Origin: an uncultured Candidatus Rokubacteria bacterium
GTDB taxonomy: Bacteria; Methylomirabilota; Methylomirabilia; Rokubacteriales; DASRDR01
Assembly: GCA_963826115.1 (NCBI GenBank)
Contig: CAWGVS010000005.1
Location: forward strand, 1,312,001-1,376,000
DNA length: 64,000 bases
Direction: 5' to 3'
Shown in pieces: positions 18,032-25,792 of the stretch (position 1 is the first letter of the stretch; each line of letters begins with the position of its first letter). The notes under the pieces were generated by a model. That model saw only the letters and a program-made list of their open reading frames with translations. It was not told the DNA's origin and ran no database searches. The position numbers and the translations under genes are program-made.

Positions 18032-20070
18032 GCCGGAGCGACCTCGACGGCGGCGTCGAAGGCCGCCTGTCCGGCCGCGAAGGAAAACAGGTCCACCGCC
18101 TCGTCGGGAACGACCGGCGCGCCGGACGTCACGGCGTTCAGTCCGGTCCAGCCGTCCCGCATCCACACCGTGCCCTCGGGCACGCGTTGGGTCACCAGGG
18201 CTCGCGCCTCGAATCCGCCTCGGTCGTTGAACACGCGGATCGGAGCGCCGTCGACCAGCCCGCGGGCCGCCGCGTCGGCCGGCGCGATCCAGAGGCGAGG
18301 CTCGGGGTCCAGGCGAGCGAGCGTCGGGAGCGCCCGCCCGTGGTCGTAGAACCCGTGGAACTGGGTCAGCGTCCGACCCTGGCGGAGGATCAGCGGCCCG
18401 GCCGCGGGCGGCGCCGGCTCGTGGATCGGCAGGGCCGGCAGACCCACCCCGACCGCGCGCTCCGAGTAGAGCTCCACCTTGCCGGAGGGCGTGGCGTAGA
18501 CGTGGGTGGGGTGCCCGACGTGGGAGATCCGCAGCGCGCGCATCCCGCTCTCGGCGCGCAGCGCGGCCACCGTCGCGTGACCGGTCGCGGGATGCGCGAG
18601 GATCGCGTCGATCGGGCCCTCGTCGGTCGTCCACGGATAGAAGTCGTCCACGCCGAGCCGGCGGGCGAGCTCGCGGAGAATCCACGCCGCCGGCCGCGTC
18701 TCCCCGGGCGCCTCCAGGATCTGCGGCATCAGGTAGAGGTGCGTGTTGGTCGCCTTGCACCCGAGCTCCTCGAGCCACGCCGTCCCCGGCAGGACGACGT
18801 CGGCGAACCGGCGGGCGGTGTCGTTCAGGAACAGGTCGTGGCTGACGACCAGGTCGGCGCGCGCGAGCCCGATCGCGACGCGCTCGGAGTCGGCGTACGA
18901 GGAGAGCATGTCCGTGCCGAACAGCAGGAGCACGCGGACCCGGCCGTCGGCCAGCGCTTCCGTGACCCGCGACATCTGGTTCGGGACGTAGGCGCCCGGC
19001 GGTCGGCGCTCGGGCAACGTGATGTCGATGAGCGCCTGGCCGTGACTGGCCGCGCCGTGTCGGGGCCCGAGGCCGCCGCCCGGCACGCCGAGCTGCCCGG
19101 CGAGGGCGGGCAGGCACGCGACGGCTCGGGCCGCCTGCCACCCGTTGCCGCCCTTGTGCATTGAGCTCCCCCCGAGGAGGATCGTCGCCGGCCGGGTCGT
19201 CGCGTAGCGACGGGCGAGCTCGGCGATCCGCCCGGCCGGCACCCCGGTGATCGGCTCGGCCCACGCCGGGTCGAGGGCGCGGACGTGTGCGGCCAGGGCG
19301 TCGAAGCCGACGGTGTGACGCGCGACGAAGTCGGCGTCGTGGAGGCCCTCGCCGACGATCACGGACATCATCGCGAGCGCGAGCGCGGCGTCGGTCCCGG
19401 GCCGGATCAGGATCACCTCGTCGGACTGGGCCGCCGCCTCCGTCTGGCGCACGTCGATCGTGACCACCCGCGCGCCCCGCCGCCGGGCCGCGGCCAGGTG
19501 CGGGCCCGTGTTGGGCTGGCTCGCGAGATTGGCTCCCCAGAGGACGATCAGGTTCGAGTTCGCCCCCACGTCCTCCTTGGTGTTGGCCTCGAGGACGCCC
19601 GTGAGGCCGAGGCCGAAGCCGCCGAGCCCCCAGCAGATCATCGAGGGATGCCACCACTGGCAGCCCCACAGGTTGGCGAACCGGCGCAGGAGGTGGGAGC
19701 CGATCCGGGTGCCGTAGTTGTTCGAGAAGAGCCCGTGCCCGCTCCACAGGCCGACAGCCTCGCGCCCGGCCGCGCGCATCCGCTCGGCGATCAGGTCGAG
19801 AGCCTCGTCCCAGCTCGCGCGGCGCCACGCGCCCGCCTCGCGCCCGGCGCGGACGAGGGGGTGGAGCAGGCGGCGGGGGTTGTCCACGATCTCGCGCGAC
19901 GCCTGACCTCGCACGCAGAGGAACCCGCGGCTGTCCGGGTTGTCCGGATCCCCCCGCACGCCGACCAGACGGCCATCCTCGACGGTCGCGAGCATGCCGC
20001 AGAGCGTCGGGTGACAGTTCATGGGGCACATCGTCCGCACGGTCTGTCGGCCGGCCGTCGTCACGTTCAT
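18028..20070 (-). CDS. Molybdopterin (bis-MGD) oxidoreductase, single subunit
   Basis: CPMNCHPTLC...GFLCVRG, SWDEALD, WGAN, IRPGTDAAL, TARRFADVVLP, MopB-CT domain. Confidence 0.92.
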   Translation of the reverse strand: MNVTTAGRQTVRTMCPMNCHPTLCGMLATVEDGRLVGVRGDPDNPDSRGFLCVRGQASREIVDNPRRLLHPLVRAGREAGAWRRASWDEALDLIAERMRAAGREAVGLWSGHGLFSNNYGTRIGSHLLRRFANLWGCQWWHPSMICWGLGGFGLGLTGVLEANTKEDVGANSNLIVLWGANLASQPNTGPHLAAARRRGARVVTIDVRQTEAAAQSDEVILIRPGTDAALALAMMSVIVGEGLHDADFVARHTVGFDALAAHVRALDPAWAEPITGVPAGRIAELARRYATTRPATILLGGSSMHKGGNGWQAARAVACLPALAGQLGVPGGGLGPRHGAASHGQALIDITLPERRPPGAYVPNQMSRVTEALADGRVRVLLLFGTDMLSSYADSERVAIGLARADLVVSHDLFLNDTARRFADVVLPGTAWLEELGCKATNTHLYLMPQILEAPGETRPAAWILRELARRLGVDDFYPWTTDEGPIDAILAHPATGHATVAALRAESGMRALRISHVGHPTHVYATPSGKVELYSERAVGVGLPALPIHEPAPPAAGPLILRQGRTLTQFHGFYDHGRALPTLARLDPEPRLWIAPADAAARGLVDGAPIRVFNDRGGFEARALVTQRVPEGTVWMRDGWTGLNAVTSGAPVVPDEAVDLFSFAAGQAAFDAAVEVAPA

Positions 20071-20156
20071 CGGCCGCAGTATACTGGGCCGGTCGTGCGG
20101 CGGTAAGTGCCCGCGACGGGACCCTCGTCGCCCGACACCGGCACCGGGAGACCACG

Positions 20157-21335
20157 ATGCGGATCGCCTCGCTGGAGACGCGGCACGCCGACGCCGGGCG
20201 TCGCGCCTTCGACTTCGTCAAGGTCACCACCGACGACGGCCTGGTCGGGTGGAGCGAGTACAACGAGACGTTCGGCGGACCCGGCCTCACGGAGCTGATC
20301 CACCGCCTGGCGCCGACCATGGTCGGCAAGGACCCTCGCGCCCACGAGGCGCAGGTCGCGCTGATGCACGCGCTTCGGCGCACGTCGGCGGGCGGCGTGG
20401 TCCAGCAGGCGGTCGGCGCGATCGAGAACGCCCTCCTGGACGTGAAGGCGCGGGCGCTCGGCATCCCGGTCTACGAGCTCCTGGGCGGGCCGGTGCGCGA
20501 TCGCATCCGCCTCTACTGGTCGCACTGCGGGACCTACCGGGTGAGCTGGTGGAAGGAGATGTCGCTCCCGCGCGTCCAGACCCTGGACGACCTGGTCCGT
20601 CTCGGGCGCGAGGTCGTCGCCCGCGGCTACACGGCCCTCAAGACGAACGTCCTGATCCTCGGAGACCACCCTCGCGCCCACGCTCCGGGCTTCGCGCGGG
20701 GCGAGAGCTTCCCGGAGCTGAACCCGGAGCGGCACGTACTCCGGGCCGCCCGCGACCAGCTGGCCGCCTTCCGCGAGGGCGCCGGGCCGGACGTCGACGT
20801 CCTGGTGGACCTGAACTTCAACTACAAGACGGAAGGGTTCCTGAAGGTCGCGCGCGCGATCGCGCCATTCGACGTCCTGTGGGTCGAGATCGACTCCCGC
20901 TCGCCGACCGCCCTCCGCTACCTCCGCGACCGCAGCGAGATCGCGGTGGCGTCCGGCGAGTGCCTGTTCGGCCGGCGCGAGTACCGGCCGTTCCTCGAGA
21001 AGGACGCGATGGACGTGGCGATCATCGACGTCCCCTGGAACGGGATCGCCGAGTCCCTGAAGATCGCCGCCATGGCCGACGCCTACGAGGTCAACGTCGC
21101 CCCCCACAACTTCTACGGCCACCTCGCGACCATGATGAGCGCGCACTTCGCCGCCGTCGTGCCGAACCTTCGCATCATGGAGATCGACCCCGAGACGGTG
21201 CCCTGGCAGGACGAGCTGGTCACCGAGACGCCCCGGATCGAGGCCGGCCACCTCGTGCTGCCGACGGGTCCCGGCTGGGGCACCGAGGTCGACGAGGCCG
21301 CCGTCGCCGCGCACCCGCCGCGCACGGGTACCTGA
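20157..21335 (+). CDS. Mandelate racemase/muconate lactonizing enzyme family (acid-sugar dehydratase-like)
   Basis: ALLDVKARALGIPVYELLGG, metal ligands D/E/E (DLNF, VEID, GECL), APHN, P..PGWG. Confidence 0.9.
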   Translation: MRIASLETRHADAGRRAFDFVKVTTDDGLVGWSEYNETFGGPGLTELIHRLAPTMVGKDPRAHEAQVALMHALRRTSAGGVVQQAVGAIENALLDVKARALGIPVYELLGGPVRDRIRLYWSHCGTYRVSWWKEMSLPRVQTLDDLVRLGREVVARGYTALKTNVLILGDHPRAHAPGFARGESFPELNPERHVLRAARDQLAAFREGAGPDVDVLVDLNFNYKTEGFLKVARAIAPFDVLWVEIDSRSPTALRYLRDRSEIAVASGECLFGRREYRPFLEKDAMDVAIIDVPWNGIAESLKIAAMADAYEVNVAPHNFYGHLATMMSAHFAAVVPNLRIMEIDPETVPWQDELVTETPRIEAGHLVLPTGPGWGTEVDEAAVAAHPPRTGT

Positions 21336-21379
21336 GCGGGGCTTCCCGCCGCGCAGGCGGGTGCGGCGCCCCGCGCCCC

Positions 21380-22330
21380 TCAGCAGAGCGCCGCGACGCC
21401 CGCCGGAACGTCCACGTGGCGCGGCGCCCCCGCGAGCCGCGCTCCCAGGAATTCCGCGACCCGCCGGACGACCGCGGGGTCCCGCAAGATCCGCCGGTGG
21501 CCGAGGCCGCGGGTGCTGACCAGCTCCGCGCCCGCCCAGGCCGCCGCGACCTCGGCGCCGTCCGTCCACGGCACCTCCGCGTCCTCTCGGTCGTGGACGA
21601 CGAGCGCCGCCAGCGGAAGGTCCTCGGCCGCGCGCGGAAGATGGAACGCCTCCGGACGCTCGCCGACGCGGGTCACGAGGCGCCGCTCGAGCCGGACCCG
21701 GGCGCGAGCCGAGAGGCCGCAGGCGTCCATGAAGCGGTCGAAGTACGCTCGGAAGTCGGCCGCCGGCGCCACGAGGGCGATCGCCTCCGGGATCTCGACG
21801 AAGCCGGCGAGGAGCGCGCGCCGGAGCGCGAGGGCACTCACGGCGCCTCCGCCCGAGTGGGCGACGATCCCCCGCACCGGGCCCACGGCGTCCATCACGG
21901 CGGCAAGGGTCTCGGCCATCTCGGGGATCGTGGCGGTCCGGCCGTCCGAGGCGCCGTGCGCCGGGCCGTCGAACGCGGCGACCGAGAACCCCCCCGCGAC
22001 CAGCGGCTCGACGAACGCGCCCATCTGCCCGCCCCGGCCACCCCAGCCGTGAACGAGGAGGATCCGCGGCCCGGCGCCCCAGCTCCACGTCGAGATCCGC
22101 CGGCCCGCCACACGGACCGCGCCCGGCGTCGCGCGCGCGAGGATCTCCTGCTCGCGTGCCGGCGCGGCGAAGCGCGGCGGCGTCAGGAAGAGTCGCGCCG
22201 CCAGACGAGCCGCTGCCCCCGGCGCGACCCGGCTGAGCGCGCTCACGCCGCGGAGGGTCAGGCGCTGAGTGATCGACGGCTTGAAGGACCGAACGATCGT
22301 GCTGTTATCGGTCGGGTCTGAGGCTCTCAT
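21380..22330 (-). CDS. Alpha/beta hydrolase
   Basis: LVHGWGG, DGPAHG, AHSGG nucleophile, HD..D.EVP, GLGHRRIL. Confidence 0.9.
   Translation of the reverse strand: MRASDPTDNSTIVRSFKPSITQRLTLRGVSALSRVAPGAAARLAARLFLTPPRFAAPAREQEILARATPGAVRVAGRRISTWSWGAGPRILLVHGWGGRGGQMGAFVEPLVAGGFSVAAFDGPAHGASDGRTATIPEMAETLAAVMDAVGPVRGIVAHSGGGAVSALALRRALLAGFVEIPEAIALVAPAADFRAYFDRFMDACGLSARARVRLERRLVTRVGERPEAFHLPRAAEDLPLAALVVHDREDAEVPWTDGAEVAAAWAGAELVSTRGLGHRRILRDPAVVRRVAEFLGARLAGAPRHVDVPAGVAALC
22290..22303. promoter_or_regulatory. Second putative TetR operator, inside the 5' coding region of the hydrolase
   Basis: CGAACGATCGTGCT near-palindrome matching the site in the tetR promoter. Confidence 0.6.
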
Positions 22331-22360
22331 CGTCATCGTTCGAAGCTCCTCGTGTAGGAC

Positions 22361-22969
22361 CTAGCCGGACGCCGGAATCGGACGGCGGGCGCGCGCGAGC
22401 AGCGACTCGAAGGCGCGCCGGACCCGGGTCTCGGCACTCGGGTCGCGCAGAAGCCGCGCGAGGTGGTGGTACGACAGCATCGCCCCGTGGAGGTCGTACG
22501 CGAACTGCTCCGGGTCGAAGTCGGGATGGAACTGGCCTTCCCGGACCCCGGTGCGGGCCGCGTTGGCGATGACGTCGAGCCAGTCCCTCTGGGACTGTGC
22601 CAGGAAGTCTCGTGTGGGGCCGGGCCGGTCGTCCAGCTCCACGGCGGCCGCGATGAACGGGCAACCGCCGGGCAGGGCCGACGACCGCTCCCAGGCGAGC
22701 CAGCTCTCGAAGAGGGCCCGCACGCGCGGCTCGCCTCGGGGTGCCGCCAGGCCCGGCTTGACCACCTGCTCGACGAAGCGCGCGCGCGCAGTCTCGAGCA
22801 CCTGGAGGAGCAGCTCCTCCTTCCCCCGGAAGTGGGCGAACAGCCCGCTCTTCGAGAGCCGGAGATCCTGGGCCAGGCGCCCGATCGTCAGCCCCTCGAG
22901 GCCCTCCTTGGTCGCGATCTGGAGGGCGTGGTCGAGGATCGCCCGGCGGGTCTCCTCACCTTTCCGCAT
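22361..22969 (-). CDS. TetR/AcrR transcriptional regulator
   Basis: GLEGLTIGRLA..L.LSKSGLFAHFRGKEEL HTH; GCPF motif. Confidence 0.93.
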   Translation of the reverse strand: MRKGEETRRAILDHALQIATKEGLEGLTIGRLAQDLRLSKSGLFAHFRGKEELLLQVLETARARFVEQVVKPGLAAPRGEPRVRALFESWLAWERSSALPGGCPFIAAAVELDDRPGPTRDFLAQSQRDWLDVIANAARTGVREGQFHPDFDPEQFAYDLHGAMLSYHHLARLLRDPSAETRVRRAFESLLARARRPIPASG

Positions 22970-22975
22970 GCGCCC

Positions 22976-23005
22976 ATAATAGTACGGTCGTTCTTTTACG
23001 GTCAA
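22976..23005 (-). promoter_or_regulatory. Sigma70-type tetR promoter with operator in the spacer
   Basis: TTGACC-N18-TATTAT, 6 nt before ATG; AGAACGACCGTACT near-palindrome at 22981-22994. Confidence 0.7.
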
Positions 23006-23793
23006 GCGGTATCTTTCGGGACGCCCGCCTCGGCATTGCGCTCCAGGACGGTCTGGAGGAACTGCCGGGTCCGCTCGTGGCGGGGCGCGGTGAAGATCTG
23101 CTGCGGAGGCCCCTCCTCGACGACCACGCCGTCCGCCATGAAGAGCACCCGGTCCGCCACGTCGCGGGCAAACCCCATCTCGTGGGTCACGACGACCATC
23201 GTCATGCCCTCGGCGGCGAGCTGCCGCATCACCCGGAGCACCTCGCCGATCAGCTCGGGGTCGAGCGCGGAGGTCACCTCGTCGAAGAGCAGCGCCTTCG
23301 GCTGCATCGCGAGGGACCGCGCGATCGCCACCCGCTGCTGCTGGCCGCCGGAGAGCTCCTGCGGGTACGCGTCGATCTTGTCGGAGAGGCCGACCTTGGC
23401 CAGGAGCGCCACCGCCCGCCGCCGCACCTCGTCCTTCGGCTCGTGCCGGACGTGGACCGGCGCCAGCATCACGTTCTCGAGGACGCTGAGATGCGGGAAC
23501 AGGTTGAACGACTGGAACACCATGCTGACCTCGGACCGGAGCGCCTCGATCCGGCGCTCGGGGTCCACGACCACCTTCCCGTTCCGCTCGTAGCGGTAGA
23601 CCGGCTCGTCCTCCAGGTAGATCGTCCCGCTGTCGATCCCCTCGAGGTGGTTGATGCAGCGGAGCAGCGTCGACTTCCCGGCTCCCGAGGGGCCGATGAT
23701 GCAGACCACCTCGCCCTTCTCGATGTTGAGCGACACGTCGCGCAGGACGTGCAGGTGGCCGAAGCTCTTGTTGACGCGGTCCAGACGGATCAT
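23002..23793 (-). CDS. Polar amino acid ABC transporter ATP-binding protein (GlnQ-like)
   Basis: [41 protein letters not shown]. Confidence 0.95.
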   Translation of the reverse strand: MIRLDRVNKSFGHLHVLRDVSLNIEKGEVVCIIGPSGAGKSTLLRCINHLEGIDSGTIYLEDEPVYRYERNGKVVVDPERRIEALRSEVSMVFQSFNLFPHLSVLENVMLAPVHVRHEPKDEVRRRAVALLAKVGLSDKIDAYPQELSGGQQQRVAIARSLAMQPKALLFDEVTSALDPELIGEVLRVMRQLAAEGMTMVVVTHEMGFARDVADRVLFMADGVVVEEGPPQQIFTAPRHERTRQFLQTVLERNAEAGVPKDTA

Positions 23794-24512
23794 CACGCCG
23801 CTCCCTGGGCCGCGCTTCCCAGCCCTGGCCGGGGCCGCCGGTAGCCGATCTTCATGCGCCGCTCGAGGTACTGGACGCCGAGCGACCCGGGGTACGACAG
23901 GGCGAGGTAGATGACTCCGGCAATCGTGAAGATCGTGAAGTACTGGAAGTTCGTGGCGGCGATGATCTGCCCGGTGAAGATGAGCTCCTTCACCGTGATC
24001 GTGGAGACGAGCGCCGTGTCCTTGAACAGGGAGATGAAGTAGTTGCCGAGCGGCGGCACGACGATCCGGAGCGCCTGCGGCAGGATCACGAGCCGCATCA
24101 TCTTCGCCCGTGACATGCCGAGGGAGAGCGCGGCCTCGACCTGCCCCTTGGCCACCGCCTGGATCCCGGCGCGATAGACCTCGGACAGGTAGGCGGCGTA
24201 GTTCACCGTGAGGCCCACCACGCCCGCCGCGAACGGCCCGACCCTGATCCCGAACGCCGGCAGCACGAAGTAGATGTAGAAGAGCTGCAGCATGCACGGC
24301 GTGCCGCGGATGACCTCGACGTAGGTCGTCGACACGGTGCGAAGCACCCGGGAGCGCGACAGGCGCATCAGGGCGACGATCAGCCCGAACACCAGGCTCA
24401 GCACCATCACCGTGACCGTCAGCTCCACGCTGACGAGCGCCCCTCTGAGGAGGTCCGGGATGTAACTGCCAGCCTCGCGGAAATTGAACAGCGAGCTCAG
24501 GTTGTCGAACAT
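23793..24512 (-). CDS. Polar amino acid ABC transporter permease
   Basis: [21 protein letters not shown]...GQVEAA..LGMS, ILPQA, KDTAL. Confidence 0.95.
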   Translation of the reverse strand: MFDNLSSLFNFREAGSYIPDLLRGALVSVELTVTVMVLSLVFGLIVALMRLSRSRVLRTVSTTYVEVIRGTPCMLQLFYIYFVLPAFGIRVGPFAAGVVGLTVNYAAYLSEVYRAGIQAVAKGQVEAALSLGMSRAKMMRLVILPQALRIVVPPLGNYFISLFKDTALVSTITVKELIFTGQIIAATNFQYFTIFTIAGVIYLALSYPGSLGVQYLERRMKIGYRRPRPGLGSAAQGAA

Positions 24513-24583
24513 GGTGCCTCCGACGGCGTGTGGGAGATCAGGTCAGACCGGACCGGGCCTCCGGACGAGGGCTGCGGCAGGCA

Positions 24584-24710
24584 CACGGAGGGTTCTGGCG
24601 GCCGGTCGGCGCCGCCGGCGGCGTGTCGCCTCCCGCCGGCGGACCGGCCGGCCTGTCCCGCGCCCCGGCCCAGGAGAGGCGCGGGACAGGCCCTCGGGCT
24701 CGACTCCGTG
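24584..24710 (-). other. Structured intercistronic element after the SBP gene
   Basis: Perfect 15-bp stem 24650-24664/24678-24692, a second hairpin ~24598-24650, and closing CACGGAG/CTCCGTG pair. Confidence 0.6.
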
Positions 24711-24717
24711 ACCGTGT

Positions 24718-25611
24718 CTACTTCGGGGTCTGAAGGGCGTTCGGGATGATCACGTAGTGGACCGGCAGCCCGGTCTGCACGAGGAACTTCCCCACCGTGC
24801 CGTCGGCCCGCATCTCGTCGATGGCGCGCGACAGCGCGTGGTTCAGGTCCACGTCCGTCTTCCGGAGCGCGTACCGCGCGTAGCCGAGCTGGAGGTCGAT
24901 CGGCATCGCGACGGGGCTCATCTCCATGTTGATGCCGGGGTGCGCCTTGATGAACTGGAGCATCTTGATGTCGTCGTCGACGATGGCGTCGACGCGGCCG
25001 TTGGCAAGATCGGCGAACTCGACATCGCTCGTCGTGAAGAGCTTCAGCTCCTTCAGGTCCTTCCGCGCCTCCATGATCGGCTGGTAGAAGGTCCCGCGGT
25101 ACGTCCCGACGACCTTCCCCGCCATCTGCTCCCAGGTCATGATCTTCTTCGGGTTGCCCTTCTGGACGGCCACCGCCGCGCCGTACCAGTACGCCGGGCT
25201 CGTGAAGTCGATGACCTTCAGCCGGCCCTCGTTCTCGTGGATGTTGTCCACGATGACGTCGATGCGCTTCGCCTGGAGCGCGGCGATGAGCGAGTCGAAC
25301 GGCATGATCTCCCAGGTGATCTTCTTGATGCCGACGCGCCGGGCGGCCTCCTTCAGCATGTCGACGTCCAGGCCCTTGTATTCCTTCGTCTTCTCGTCCT
25401 GGTACGTCCACGGGAAGTCGGGGACGATGCCGAGGGTGATGCCGTCCTTCACCGCCCGGGTGTACGACCCGTCGCCGCCGACGAAGCTCACGCCGGGAAT
25501 GGTGCCGCCCGCCCCGTACTCGTCAACGCCGGCCGTGGATATCCAGACCAGGCCGAGCATCAAGCCGAGGGTGAGAATTCCGGTCAAGATCCGACGTGAC
25601 TTCCCATGCAT
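24718..25611 (-). CDS. Polar amino acid ABC substrate-binding protein (SBP_bac_3)
   Basis: Signal peptide; GLDVD, FDSLIAALQAKRID, IDFTSPAY, V.KGNP, NGRVDA; AGGAGG SD. Confidence 0.92.
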   Translation of the reverse strand: MHGKSRRILTGILTLGLMLGLVWISTAGVDEYGAGGTIPGVSFVGGDGSYTRAVKDGITLGIVPDFPWTYQDEKTKEYKGLDVDMLKEAARRVGIKKITWEIMPFDSLIAALQAKRIDVIVDNIHENEGRLKVIDFTSPAYWYGAAVAVQKGNPKKIMTWEQMAGKVVGTYRGTFYQPIMEARKDLKELKLFTTSDVEFADLANGRVDAIVDDDIKMLQFIKAHPGINMEMSPVAMPIDLQLGYARYALRKTDVDLNHALSRAIDEMRADGTVGKFLVQTGLPVHYVIIPNALQTPK

Positions 25612-25792
25612 GTGCGTACCTCCTGTGCGGTGCGCTGAGCCTCGGGGTGCGGCGGTTGCAGGCGGGCGGGATGCCAGTCTGGCCGCGCAGCGGCCACTAC
25701 CATGGGGCCGGCCGCCTCATGATCGTTGGGCCCGGTCGAGACTGTCAAGGGCCGCCGGGGTGCGCGTTGCGCAACAGCCGGTCCAGCCCGGG

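Noticed and set aside
17645-20464. 939-aa minus-strand ORF
   Set aside because: Alternate frame of the Mo-oxidoreductase; low-complexity Arg-rich translation
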